A DNA stretch of 28,902 nucleotides from Gemmatimonadota bacterium (GCA_039588275.1 JBDHAC010000050.1:1-28902); one strand, 5' to 3'. Counted from the first letter of the stretch, positions 1 to 9,247 are shown. Notes: a model not told the origin generated them from the sequence alone. Numbers and translations are program-made.

Positions 1-193
1 ACTCCTGGCACGTGATCTCGAGCATCTCGTTCGCCACACAAGAGGAGAGACCCCAGATCCGTGCGACTCCGTCCTTGACCTCGAGGACCTCGCCGACTTC
101 TTCGACCTGAAGCTCCTCCTCGTACCGATCGATCTGCTCGATGAGGGCCTTCTTGATCTCGCTCGCGCGCAGCGCGCTCTCCGAACTCGTCAT
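1..193 (-). CDS. atpA: F0F1 ATP synthase subunit alpha, 5' part (runs off the window)
   Basis: Not in the ORF track. Manual translation from ATG at 193 gives MTSSESALRASEIKKALIEQIDRYEEELQVEEVGEVLEVKDGVARIWGLSSCVANEMLE, matching the AtpA N-terminus (E-G-V..V.DG.ARI.GL). Directly follows atpH. Confidence 0.95.
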   Translation of the reverse strand, partial: MTSSESALRASEIKKALIEQIDRYEEELQVEEVGEVLEVKDGVARIWGLSSCVANEMLEITCQE

Positions 194-227
194 CTCCGTC
201 TTGTCCCGATATCCACTGTGGTCCGTG

Positions 228-761
228 TCAGATCAGTTCCCACTTCAACCGCTCCAGCTGGCGTCGGAGGGAGGCGTCCATCAGTTGATCGCCGACCCGA
301 ACGATCAGGCCGCCCAGGATGGCCGGGTCGAGCCGGAAATCCGGCACGACCTGCTTTCCGAAGTGTTCCTCGAGGGCTCCGACGATGTGGGTCTTGAGCG
401 CATCATCGGGCTCGAACGGCAGGGTGACGGCGGTCCGCAAGCGACCGGCCTGCTCATCGAGGGAGTCCTGGTACGCTTCCGCGATCCCGGGAAGGACCCG
501 TTGTCGCCTCCGCTCCAGGACCACCATCAGGAACCGGATGAAGAGCTCCGGCACCTGATCCTCGAAGGTGCGGCGGAGGACTTTCTTCTTCTCTGCGAGC
601 GCGATGCGGGGCGTTTCCAGGAAGCGCCGGAAGGCGGACTCCTCTTCGTAGAGTGCCGCCACCTGGGCGATCAGCTCCCCGTAGTGCTCGACGCTCTCCT
701 CCCGCTCCGCGAGCTCGAAGAGGGTCGCGGCGTAGTTGCGCGCGACGGCGGATCCACTCAT
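228..761 (-). CDS. atpH: ATP synthase F1 subunit delta
   Basis: VARNYAATLFELA N-terminus and DPAILGGLIVRVGDQLMDASL C-terminus; lies between atpF and atpA. Confidence 0.96.
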   Translation of the reverse strand: MSGSAVARNYAATLFELAEREESVEHYGELIAQVAALYEEESAFRRFLETPRIALAEKKKVLRRTFEDQVPELFIRFLMVVLERRRQRVLPGIAEAYQDSLDEQAGRLRTAVTLPFEPDDALKTHIVGALEEHFGKQVVPDFRLDPAILGGLIVRVGDQLMDASLRRQLERLKWELI

Positions 762-771
762 GCGCGGTGGG

Positions 772-1356
772 TCATGTCAGCTCGGAGACGTACTCTTCCA
801 CGAGCCGCCGATTCTCGTCCGCGTCGAGTCGCGCCCGGATCAGACGCTCCGCGGCGCTGAGCGAGATCTCGACCGCTTCGCGTCGGAGATCCTCACGGAG
901 CTGATCGCGCTCCATCTCCAGCTCCCGCCGTGCATCGACCAGCAGCGCCGACTGCTGCTCCTTCGCCTCGGCCAGGATCTCCTTCTTCAGGCTCTCGGCC
1001 GTGGAGCGACTCTTCTCGATCAGATCCTGCGCCTCTCGACGAGCCGCCTCGAGGGCCTGGTTCTGGTCATCGAGCAGTGCGCGAGCTTCATCGCGGCTCC
1101 GCCGCGCCTCATCGATCGACTCCTGGATCTTGCGCTGTCGCTCTTCCAATCCCCCCGCGATGAACGGGAAGACCTTCCATGCGAGAATCCCGAGCGTGAG
1201 GAGGAACAGGACCCACGTCCAGATCACGAGGCCCAGGTTCAGCGAGATGATCGCGGGGCCGCCCTCCTCCTGAGCGAAAAGCACCGAAGGCGTCGCCGCG
1301 AGAATCGCGACGCCCGCCGTCAGTCCACGCGAGATAGCCGACCCGAACGTGGTCAC
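772..1356 (-). CDS. atpF: ATP synthase F0 subunit b
   Basis: Single TM helix (GLVIWTWVLFLLTLGILAW) followed by LEERQRKIQESIDEA and a long charged coiled coil; operon position. Confidence 0.95.
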   Translation of the reverse strand: MTTFGSAISRGLTAGVAILAATPSVLFAQEEGGPAIISLNLGLVIWTWVLFLLTLGILAWKVFPFIAGGLEERQRKIQESIDEARRSRDEARALLDDQNQALEAARREAQDLIEKSRSTAESLKKEILAEAKEQQSALLVDARRELEMERDQLREDLRREAVEISLSAAERLIRARLDADENRRLVEEYVSELT

Positions 1357-1616
1357 TTGATGAAGCCGGCGATCACGAGCCCGAATAGCGCCGCACCCTC
1401 GATCAGGGCCGCGAGGATGATCGCGCCTGTCTGGATGTTCGCCAGCACCTCCGGTTGCCGTGCCATCGCCTCGGTCATGTGACCGCCGATCTTGCCAATC
1501 CCGACCCCGGCTCCGAGCACCGCCAGTCCGCCTCCGACCACCGCGAGGCCGGACGCGAGCCCGTCGCCCACCGAGAGGGATGCCGCCTCCTGCAACAGCG
1601 CCAACATGTTCAGCAT
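1353..1616 (-). CDS. atpE: ATP synthase F0 subunit c, probably H+-translocating
   Basis: GAGVGIG glycine motif, ARQPE loop and ion-binding Glu in ALIEG. It lacks the E-S/T signature of Na+-type c subunits. Start may be 1607. Confidence 0.96.
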   Translation of the reverse strand: MLNMLALLQEAASLSVGDGLASGLAVVGGGLAVLGAGVGIGKIGGHMTEAMARQPEVLANIQTGAIILAALIEGAALFGLVIAGFIK

Positions 1617-1688
1617 CGGTTTGCTCTCCGTTCTTTTGTCACCACTTCCCGCGTCCGGCGCGGGACCCTTTCCCCGGCTACCCGGGGG

Positions 1689-2666
1689 TCAATGCGCGTG
1701 GCGGATGAGCCCGATGAACACCGCCACGAGCATCGCGAAGATGTAGGCCTGGAGGAACGCCACGAAGAGCTCCAGGAACATCACGAAAAGCGCCAGGAGC
1801 AGTGGGCCAATGATGGCGAACCAGCCACCGAAGCCCCCGCTGAAGCCGCCCGATGTGATGATGATCCCGAGCAGCGCGAGGAGGGCGAAGTGCCCCGCGG
1901 TCATGTTCGCGAACAGCCGAACCGCGAGCGCGAACGGCTTCGCCACCTTCCCGATCAGCTCCACCGGGGTCATGATCAGCAGCATGATCACCGACATCGC
2001 TGGGTTGAGACCCTTGGGCACGTAGAAGATCGTGCTCAGATAACCGCGAGGCCCGAGCGCGGCAAAGCCGGCCGTCTCGATCACCACGAAAGCGATGATG
2101 GCCAATCCTGCCGTGACCATGATGTTGCCCGTCGCCGTCGCCCCGAAGGGCACGAGGCCGAGCAGATTCGAGTAGAGGATGAAGAAGAAGAACGTGATCA
2201 CGAGGGGGACGAAGCGCTCCCCGCCATGGCCGATGTTCGCCAGCGCGACCTCGTCCCGCAGGTAGAGGTAGAACGCTTCCATCGCGTTCAGGATACCTCC
2301 GGGCGCCCTCTCTCCCTGCTCGAGCTTCCGCGAAGCGCGCGCCGCGGCCCACATGGTGAAGATCGTGAGGATCGTCGCGATGAACAGGAACACGACGTGT
2401 CGGGTGACGGAGAGGTCGATCTCGAACCCTCCGACGTGGACTGGCGGAAAGGAGAGAGCGTCGAGGGAAATCTGACCGAAGCCCAGATCGATGACGCGAT
2501 CATCCGCGATATGGTGGATCATCGCCTCGGTGTCCCACGTCTCACCGTGGGCCTGGGCGGCACCCTCCGCCCCGTGCTCCTGGACTACCTCGGTCGCGTG
2601 CTCCTGTGCCGCGACGAGCCAGTCCCACATCGGGGCGGTGGGCGATTTAAGCACTTCCGGTATCAT
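1689..2666 (-). CDS. atpB: ATP synthase F0 subunit a
   Basis: SNLLGLVP, KPFALAVRLFANMTAGH (conserved Arg) and LELFVAFLQAYIF motifs. Confidence 0.97.
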   Translation of the reverse strand: MIPEVLKSPTAPMWDWLVAAQEHATEVVQEHGAEGAAQAHGETWDTEAMIHHIADDRVIDLGFGQISLDALSFPPVHVGGFEIDLSVTRHVVFLFIATILTIFTMWAAARASRKLEQGERAPGGILNAMEAFYLYLRDEVALANIGHGGERFVPLVITFFFFILYSNLLGLVPFGATATGNIMVTAGLAIIAFVVIETAGFAALGPRGYLSTIFYVPKGLNPAMSVIMLLIMTPVELIGKVAKPFALAVRLFANMTAGHFALLALLGIIITSGGFSGGFGGWFAIIGPLLLALFVMFLELFVAFLQAYIFAMLVAVFIGLIRHAH

Positions 2667-2700
2667 CCGGTCGATTCCCTATGCGTGCCGCCGGTTTCTC

Positions 2701-3039
2701 TCAGCGGCCCGCGTTGCGCGTGCCGGCTTCTAGCCCACCCGAACCCGTCCGCCACCGACATCTTGACAGCCATACGGCCTCTACGAGGAGGAGGATCACC
2801 AGGCTCACCCCGTACGCCAGGGGCAGTTCCTGACCCACAGACGTCGAAGCCGCCGCCACGGCCGCGACCTGCACGACCCATGCGGCGAGGGCCCCCGCCG
2901 CCATGGCGCTCGTATCCACGCCCGGCCTGCGTGCCGCTAGACCCAAGCCTATCGCGACCAGCCCCAACGTGGCGAGTGCGTATCCGGTGGCGGATGCCCG
3001 ACCCGTGCCTCCTGCGTCGCTTCCGCTAGTCGGAGTCAT
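2701..3039 (-). CDS. Small membrane protein in the atpI position
   Basis: 112-aa hydrophobic ORF with about 3 TM segments between the AtpZ-like gene and atpB; its start overlaps the end of the upstream gene. Confidence 0.6.
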   Translation of the reverse strand: MTPTSGSDAGGTGRASATGYALATLGLVAIGLGLAARRPGVDTSAMAAGALAAWVVQVAAVAAASTSVGQELPLAYGVSLVILLLVEAVWLSRCRWRTGSGGLEAGTRNAGR

Positions 3040-3370
3040 CCGCGGCGGCCTCGTCTCGCTCGTCGCTCCGCGGCGCTCGGTCCGACTCTCTCCCGCGCAG
3101 CACGAGCCGCGAGTACATGCTGTAGAAGCCGGCGCCGAAGCCGACGAACGCGCCGACCAGGACGAAGAGCGGCTTCGTGCCGAGCCGATCGTCCAGCAGC
3201 GAACCGAGCCACGCGAACAGCGCCGTGGCCAGCGCCATGGTCAACCCGAAGCCAGCCAACTCCCCCAGCTGGCGGGCCGATTCGGAGCCCCGCGGACCCC
3301 CACCAGGGGGTCGTCCGGCCGCGCCGGGCTCGCGCTTCCGAGGGCCCGTCCCGCTGGCTGGCTGACTCAT
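3026..3370 (-). CDS. AtpZ/AtpI-family (ATP synthase gene 1) membrane protein
   Basis: GLTMALATALFAWLGSLLDDRLGTKPLFVLVGAFVGFGAGFY matches the G..LD...GT.P two-helix pattern. AGGAG lies about 10 nt upstream of the ATG. First gene of the atp operon. Confidence 0.88.
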   Translation of the reverse strand: MSQPASGTGPRKREPGAAGRPPGGGPRGSESARQLGELAGFGLTMALATALFAWLGSLLDDRLGTKPLFVLVGAFVGFGAGFYSMYSRLVLRGRESDRAPRSDERDEAAADDSD

Positions 3371-3402
3371 TTGAACCGCTCTCCTGCCGCCGGTGGGACG
3401 CG

Positions 3403-3431
3403 ATGATACCGGCTTGTGAAAAAATGCGCAA
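3403..3431 (-). promoter_or_regulatory. Putative sigma70 promoter of the atp operon
   Basis: Minus strand reads TTGCGC-17 nt-TATCAT in an AT-rich patch, ending about 32 nt upstream of the first atp gene. Confidence 0.6.
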
Positions 3432-3445
3432 CCTGCGGGAAGAGC

Positions 3446-3473
3446 TTGACGTTACGCGCAAAACCTCTAGGTT
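3446..3473 (+). promoter_or_regulatory. Putative sigma70 promoter for the MoxR gene, back to back with the atp promoter
   Basis: TTGACG-16 nt-TAGGTT. Confidence 0.45.
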
Positions 3474-3607
3474 TGCCGCACGATGAGGACACCCTCCAGA
3501 TGACCTTTGAAGGGCCGATCGGCCACCCTGATTCCGACCCATCTCGATGCGCTCCGACGGCGGCCTCGGGGGCCGGCCACATCTCGCCCTGGCCGGCATA
3601 GACGACC

Positions 3608-4621
3608 ATGGAAACGATGGAAGCCAGCCCACGCTTGGATGACGTCGCGCTACTGGAAAGACTCGGCGAGACGAGGACGGCGATCGAGGAACAGGTCGCG
3701 CAGCGAATCGTCGGGCAGAAAGGCATCATCGAGAGCCTTTTGATCACGTTGCTTGCGGACGGACACGCGCTCCTCGTCGGCGTCCCGGGCCTCGCAAAGA
3801 CGCTGCTCGTCTCGACGCTCGCCGATGCGCTCCATCTCGAGTTCAGTCGCATCCAGTTCACGCCTGACCTGATGCCGTCCGACATCACGGGGACGGAGGT
3901 GTTGCAGGAGGACCCGCATACCGGCGTGAGGGCGTTCAAGTTCATGCCGGGTCCGATCTTCGCGAACGTCATCCTGGCGGACGAGATCAACCGGACGCCG
4001 CCGAAGACGCAAGCCGCGCTGTTGCAGGCCATGCAGGAGGGCGAGGTGACGGTGAGCGCCGAGACCTTCAAGCTGGAGCCGCCGTTCTTCGTGCTCGCGA
4101 CGCAGAATCCGATCGAGCAGGAGGGGACCTACCCCCTCCCGGAGGCGCAGCTGGACCGCTTCATGTTCGAGCTGCGGATCTCGTATCCGACTCCGGCGGA
4201 GGAGGTGGAGGTGGCGGCGCTGACGTCGCGCGAGGACGTCGCCGCGATCGAGCCGGTAGTGACGGCGAGCGAGCTGCACGACTTTCAGGGACTGATCCGT
4301 CGCATCCCAGCTCCACCATCGCTGGTCGAATACGTCGTCAAGCTGGCGCGGGCTACCCGGCCGACGGAGCCCGAGGCGCCCGAGTTCATCCGCAGGATGG
4401 TGAGCTGGGGAGCGGGCCCCCGCGCCTCGCAGCACACGGTGCTCGCCGCCAAGGCTCGAGCCGCTCTCAACGGTCGACCGGTCCCCAACTTCGACGATGT
4501 TCGGGCCGTCGCCCCCGACGTATTCCGTCATCGCATCGTGCCCGGCTTCGAGGCGGAAGCCGCCGGGCGGACGGCCGACGACCTGATGGCCGAGCTGATC
4601 GAGGTAAGCCGCTCATGGTAG
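3608..4621 (+). CDS. MoxR-family AAA+ ATPase
   Basis: Walker A GVPGLAKT, RIQFTPDLMPSDITG, Walker B LADEINR, and ATQNPIEQEGTYPLPEAQLDRF. Confidence 0.95.
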   Translation: METMEASPRLDDVALLERLGETRTAIEEQVAQRIVGQKGIIESLLITLLADGHALLVGVPGLAKTLLVSTLADALHLEFSRIQFTPDLMPSDITGTEVLQEDPHTGVRAFKFMPGPIFANVILADEINRTPPKTQAALLQAMQEGEVTVSAETFKLEPPFFVLATQNPIEQEGTYPLPEAQLDRFMFELRISYPTPAEEVEVAALTSREDVAAIEPVVTASELHDFQGLIRRIPAPPSLVEYVVKLARATRPTEPEAPEFIRRMVSWGAGPRASQHTVLAAKARAALNGRPVPNFDDVRAVAPDVFRHRIVPGFEAEAAGRTADDLMAELIEVSRSW

Positions 4622-4748
4622 GAGACGGCCTGCTCCGTGACGGCTCACCGGCCTCGGAGGCGGACGGGGAGCCTCCGGAACCCGAGCCCGAGGTGGCTGC
4701 GCCGCCTCAGGATCCGGCGCCACACGACGCAACGCCGCAGGTATCGCC

Positions 4749-6005
4749 GTGATCGGGACGATCATCCTGCTCGTCGTTCTGCTGATCCTCTCAGGTTTCT
4801 TCTCGGGAGCGGAGATCGCGTTGTTCTCGATCAGCGGGGCCAAGGCGCGTGCCTTGCTGGAGGAGGGGAGACCGGGTGCGCGTGCCCTGGTCGAAGTAAA
4901 GGAGAAGCCCGAGCACGTCCTCATCACCATCCTGATCGGGAACAACGTCGCCAACATCGGGGCGGCGTCCGTCGCGACCTACACCGCGACGCTCGCGTTC
5001 GGCTCGGCGGGCGTGGGTCTCGCGACCGGGATCATGACGCTGCTCGTCCTGTTCTTCGGCGAGATCACTCCCAAGAGCTTCGCCGCCCGAAACGCAGCGT
5101 CTCTCTCGCTCGTCGCCGCACCGATCTTGAGGGTGCTGGGGCGCGCGCTGTGGCCGCTGGTCGCTCCACTCGAGGCCATCGTGCGCACGCTGCTGCCCCC
5201 GAAACCCGACGGTCCGGGGACGACGGAACAGGAGATCCGCATCATGACCCGGATGGGTCACCATGCCGGGGAGATCGAAGAGCACGAGCGCCAGTTGATC
5301 GAGCGTACGTTCATGCTCGATGCTCGTCGCGTATGGGAAGTCATGACACCGCGCGTGGACATCTTCGCATGGGAGGACTCGCTGACGCTGGCCGACATCG
5401 CGCAGGACCTGCAGCGGGTCCCGTACAGCCGCATCCCGGTGTACGGCGAGTCGGCGGACGACATCACGGGTCTTCTCTATCTGCGGGACGTGTACCAGGC
5501 GTTGCTGGCGGGGCAGCGCGATCTCCCACTCAAGGAGCTGGCTCGCGAGCCCTTCTTCGTGCCGTCGAGCGTATCGCTGATCCGGCTCCTCGAGGACTTC
5601 CAGAGCCGCCGTATCCATTTGGGACTGGTCGTCGACGAGCACGGTGGCATCGACGGGCTGATCACGCTCGAGGATATTCTCGAGGAGCTGGTCGGCGAGA
5701 TCGTGGACGAGACGGACATTCCGGAGGAACCGATCGTCCGCATCAATCGAAACGAGATTCTGGTGGATGGTGCGGCCGATCTGCGGGAGATCAACCACTT
5801 CTTCAACACTTCGTTCCCGTTGCTCGAGCACCGATCGCTGAACGGGTACCTCCTCGAAGAGATGGGACGGGTGCCCGAGACCGGCGAGACGATCGACAGA
5901 GAGGGGGTCCGGATCGAGGTCCTGCGGGCCTCCGACACGCAGGTCACGCGAGCGCGTTTGAGACGCGTCGCCGCGCCACCGGGGCGGCTCGGGACGTCGG
6001 TGTGA
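4749..6005 (+). CDS. Hemolysin/CNNM-family (DUF21-CBS-CorC) membrane protein, probable Mg2+/Co2+ transport
   Basis: SGFFSGAEIALFS, ILIGNN, FGEITPKS, VMTPR, YSRIPVY and VVDEHGGIDGLITLEDILEELVGEI motifs; GTG start. Confidence 0.94.
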   Translation: MIGTIILLVVLLILSGFFSGAEIALFSISGAKARALLEEGRPGARALVEVKEKPEHVLITILIGNNVANIGAASVATYTATLAFGSAGVGLATGIMTLLVLFFGEITPKSFAARNAASLSLVAAPILRVLGRALWPLVAPLEAIVRTLLPPKPDGPGTTEQEIRIMTRMGHHAGEIEEHERQLIERTFMLDARRVWEVMTPRVDIFAWEDSLTLADIAQDLQRVPYSRIPVYGESADDITGLLYLRDVYQALLAGQRDLPLKELAREPFFVPSSVSLIRLLEDFQSRRIHLGLVVDEHGGIDGLITLEDILEELVGEIVDETDIPEEPIVRINRNEILVDGAADLREINHFFNTSFPLLEHRSLNGYLLEEMGRVPETGETIDREGVRIEVLRASDTQVTRARLRRVAAPPGRLGTSV

Positions 6006-6050
6006 GGGACGAGGTCCCGGGTTAACCGTACGGGAGACCGCCGTCGGGGA

Positions 6051-6815
6051 TCAGGGCGACAGGAAGTCGGCGTACCAACCGATCAGCGCCTCTCCGAACA
6101 GGAACGTGACCGCCGCCCCCAGCGCGAGGAAGACCCCGAACGGGACTAGCTTGCCGGTCTTGAGACTGATCGGCCCGAAGATCAGGGAGCCGGTGAGCGC
6201 GCCCAGGAAGATGGTCATTACAGCGCCAAGCGGACCGAGGAACGCGCCCACCATGGCCATCATCTTCATGTCTCCGCCACCCATCGCCGGCTTCTTGAAC
6301 GCCCGCTCACCCAACCACCCGACACCGAACAGGATCACGAAGCCGAGCGCGGCTCCGATGACGGCGAAGACAGGGGTCGGTGGACCCGGTAGAAACGAAG
6401 CCGCCAGTCCGGCGGCCAGGCCGCCGACCGACAGCGGGTCGGGGATCAGATAGTGCTTCGCGTCCGTGATCGCGATGGCGAGAAGGATCGAGAACAGGAT
6501 CCCTCCGACCAGTCCCCGCGGCGTGGGACCGTACAGGAGCGCCATGCCCACCCAGATCGCCAGGGTGGTCGCTTCGACCGCCGGATACTGCCATGAGATG
6601 CGCTCGCGACAGCTCCGGCACCTCCCGCGCAGGAGGGCGAAGCTGAGGATCGGGATGTTGTCGTACCAGCGGATCGATTCGCCGCACGCCGGGCACCGCG
6701 AGCGCGGCTTGACGATGCTCTCGCCGGCCGGGAGACGGGCGATGCAGACGTTGAGGAACGAGCCGATCGCGGCTCCCAGGAAGGCAGCCCATATCAGGAA
6801 CACCGCATCCACCAT
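6051..6815 (-). CDS. pilD: Prepilin peptidase (A24 aspartic peptidase)
   Basis: GSFLNVCIARLP, two CxxC pairs (CPAC, CRSC), catalytic Asp residues in ITD and GGGDMK, and PFGVFL. Confidence 0.93.
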   Translation of the reverse strand: MVDAVFLIWAAFLGAAIGSFLNVCIARLPAGESIVKPRSRCPACGESIRWYDNIPILSFALLRGRCRSCRERISWQYPAVEATTLAIWVGMALLYGPTPRGLVGGILFSILLAIAITDAKHYLIPDPLSVGGLAAGLAASFLPGPPTPVFAVIGAALGFVILFGVGWLGERAFKKPAMGGGDMKMMAMVGAFLGPLGAVMTIFLGALTGSLIFGPISLKTGKLVPFGVFLALGAAVTFLFGEALIGWYADFLSP

Positions 6816-7634
6816 CTACGCTTCCCCTCTGTTCGGCTGCCCCGCGTCTTCCTGCCGGTCGAGCGTGTGCTCTCCGACCAGCAGGCGGTCCAGAATGATC
6901 GCGCCCGCCGCCGCCACGTTCAGCGATTCGACCGCGCCCGCCATTCGTATCGCGAAGGTCCGGTCCGCTGCACGCTTCACGCCATCGGAGAGCCCGTGCG
7001 CCTCGCTCCCCAACGCGATCGCCAACGGCGACGGCGCCAGGTGATCGCGCTCGAGCGGCTCGCCCCCGGCGTCGGCAGCCCACAGGGGGAGGGCACGAGC
7101 GAGGAGCTCGTTCTGCGCCTGCTCCCAGACGGCCCGCAGGACCGGCACCCTCAGGCCCGCACCAGCGGACGACCGGACCGCCTTCGGTGACCACGGATCC
7201 GCCGTCCCCGGGAGACAGACCACTCCGCCGATCCCAAGCGCGGCACCGGTGCGAAGGAGCGTCCCCAGGTTGCCCGGGTCCTGGACCCTGTCGAGCAGCA
7301 GGATGCTGTCGGATCCGACATCGGGCCAGCCCCATGAAGGGATCCGGACGATGGCGAGGACAGGCTGCGGTGTGACGGTGTCTGCAAGCTCGCGCACGTC
7401 GCGCGGTTCGACCTCCTCGACGATCCAATCCCGGGCGCGTACCCCCTCGATCAGCCGGTCGACCGGGGTTTCGTGGGTGGCGTCCCGCGAAACGAGAACG
7501 CGTTCCACGGTGACGGAGGCTCGCAGGAGCTCGGAGAGGAGTCGCGGTCCTTCGGCGAGAAACAGCCCGCTCGCCTCGCGACCCTTCCGGCGACGCAGCG
7601 AGCGCCAGAGTTTTCGCTCGGATCGAGTCGGCAT
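6816..7634 (-). CDS. TrmH/SpoU-family RNA 2'-O-methyltransferase
   Basis: FLAEGPRL, VQDPGNLGTLLRT, GSEAHG and ESLNVAAA motifs. Start reassigned to ATG 7634 because the longer ORF overlaps thiD. Confidence 0.93.
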   Translation of the reverse strand: MPTRSERKLWRSLRRRKGREASGLFLAEGPRLLSELLRASVTVERVLVSRDATHETPVDRLIEGVRARDWIVEEVEPRDVRELADTVTPQPVLAIVRIPSWGWPDVGSDSILLLDRVQDPGNLGTLLRTGAALGIGGVVCLPGTADPWSPKAVRSSAGAGLRVPVLRAVWEQAQNELLARALPLWAADAGGEPLERDHLAPSPLAIALGSEAHGLSDGVKRAADRTFAIRMAGAVESLNVAAAGAIILDRLLVGEHTLDRQEDAGQPNRGEA

Positions 7635-7656
7635 GCGATAAGTGTATAGCATGAAT

Positions 7657-8538
7657 ATGGAGCAGGGAACTTTCGGGCGGCTTCCACGGGTCTGGCCCCC
7701 TCCGATCGCGCTCTCCATCGCGGGTAGCGACTCCGGGGGCGGAGCCGGCATCCAGGCCGATCTCAAGACGTTTCACGCCTTCGGCGTGTTCGGGGCCACG
7801 GCGATCACCGCGGTGACGGCGCAAAACACCCGCGGCGTGCTGGGTGTCCGGGTGCTGGAACCCGCGTTCGTTCGCGAACAGATCGATGCGGTGTGTGACG
7901 ATCTTCCTCCCACGGCCCTGAAGACGGGGATGTTGGGGACCGCCGCCATCATCGAGACGGTTGCGGACGCGGTCTCGGACCACGCGCTCGAGCGCGTGGT
8001 GGTGGATCCGGTGATGGTGGCCACGAGCGGTGACCCGCTTCTCGACCCGTCGGCGGTCGGCGCCCTGATCGAGCGCCTTCTGCCGCTCGCGACGTTGGTC
8101 ACGCCGAACGTGCCGGAAGCGGAGCTCCTCACGGGAGTCTCGATCGGCGATGAAGCGGGGATGCGAGACGCCGCGGCCCGCATCATCGACCGGGGGGCCG
8201 GCGCCGTCCTCGTCAAAGGAGGGCACGTGGGGTCGGACGAGGTGGTGGATCTGCTGTGCGACGGGTCGCGCACCCGCGCCTGGCGGGGCCCTCGGATCGA
8301 GACGCCCCATACGCACGGAACCGGCTGCACGCTCTCGGCGGCGATCGCCGCCGGACTCGCGCTCGGCGCGCAGCTCGACGTCGCCGTCGATAGGGCCATC
8401 TCGTACACTCGCGAGGCCATCGCTTCCGCGCCGGGGCTGGGAGGCGGACACGGACCCCTCAATCACTGGGCTCGCCCGTCGCCCGCGCCCGGGAGCCCGG
8501 ACCCAGCAGGGCGAGACCCGGGGGGGGCAGCCCGATGA
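7657..8538 (+). CDS. thiD: Hydroxymethylpyrimidine/phosphomethylpyrimidine kinase
   Basis: IAGSDSGGGAGIQADLKT, KTGML, DPVMVATSG, TPNVPEA, KGGH and THGTGC motifs. Start is 7651 or 7657. Confidence 0.95.
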   Translation: MEQGTFGRLPRVWPPPIALSIAGSDSGGGAGIQADLKTFHAFGVFGATAITAVTAQNTRGVLGVRVLEPAFVREQIDAVCDDLPPTALKTGMLGTAAIIETVADAVSDHALERVVVDPVMVATSGDPLLDPSAVGALIERLLPLATLVTPNVPEAELLTGVSIGDEAGMRDAAARIIDRGAGAVLVKGGHVGSDEVVDLLCDGSRTRAWRGPRIETPHTHGTGCTLSAAIAAGLALGAQLDVAVDRAISYTREAIASAPGLGGGHGPLNHWARPSPAPGSPDPAGRDPGGAAR

Positions 8539-9095
8539 GTCCGTTCTTGTACTTCGCATCCGGAGCACTGGTGCTCGCCGCCGGCTACGCCGTGTTTCGC
8601 GTCTTGGTGCGGCGGGATTACGAGCGTCGAGGGCGCCTCTCGGCGCTCTCGGTATCGCTCGAATGGGCCGCGATCCTGTTGTGGGTGGCGTTCGGGAGCG
8701 TGAATCAGCCAGCTGACTGGCCGGCCCTACACGTGGGCCCGGTCAGCCGAGTCATTGGGTGGGGCCTGGTGGTCAGCGGGGTACTGACCATGCTCACGGC
8801 CATGTTAGTCGTCCTAGGGATCAAGCGCTCGCATGGACTGGATGCCGAGCGGCTGGAGCGGAGGAGCCTGTACGGCATAAGCCGAAACCCGCAGTTGCTA
8901 GGCTTCCTGGCTGCGATGATCGGTTATCTCGCGCTGTGGCCGTCGTGGCGCAATCTGGGCACGATGCTCCTTCTCGCGGTGATCACCCATCTCATGGTCC
9001 GGACTGAGGAGGAGCACCTGAGGCGTCAGTTCGGCGAAGCGTACGAGCGTTACTGTTCGGCTGTCCCACGCTACATCGGGCCTCGCCGGCGCTAG
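8535..9095 (+). CDS. Isoprenylcysteine carboxyl-methyltransferase / phospholipid methyltransferase family membrane protein
   Basis: Several TM helices with LYGISRNPQ and EEEHLRRQFGEAYERYCSAVPRY; ATGA overlap with the thiD stop. Confidence 0.85.
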   Translation: MSPFLYFASGALVLAAGYAVFRVLVRRDYERRGRLSALSVSLEWAAILLWVAFGSVNQPADWPALHVGPVSRVIGWGLVVSGVLTMLTAMLVVLGIKRSHGLDAERLERRSLYGISRNPQLLGFLAAMIGYLALWPSWRNLGTMLLLAVITHLMVRTEEEHLRRQFGEAYERYCSAVPRYIGPRRR

Positions 9096-9171
9096 CCCGG
9101 CCTTCTTCATCACGGATCCTGGAATCCGACCTGGATGGCGCCCCGGGGTTGACATTTTGGCGGGAATATGA

Positions 9172-9187
9172 TTGATTGATCTATCAA
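9172..9187. promoter_or_regulatory. Putative TetR operator 1 (TTGATTGATCTATCAA)
   Basis: Inverted repeat ATTGAT-N6-ATCAAT upstream of tetR, starting 17 nt downstream of a perfect TTGACA (9149-9154), so it overlaps the expected -10 position. Confidence 0.7.
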
Positions 9188-9247
9188 TTGGGACGGACTT
9201 GCGCATCCAGCGCCCGGGCATCGATTCGCGCGAGGGGCCGTTTTCTG

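Noticed and set aside
1455..3029. 524-aa plus-strand ORF opposite atpE/atpB
   Set aside because: Antisense shadow of the atp genes.
6307..8568. 753-aa minus-strand Arg/Gly/Pro-rich ORF
   Set aside because: Overlaps pilD, the TrmH gene and thiD in other frames; composition is typical of GC-rich off-frame translation.
9149..9173. TTGACA...TATGAT as a complete sigma70 promoter
   Set aside because: The spacing is only 13 nt; the -35 may be real but this -10 pairing is not supportable.
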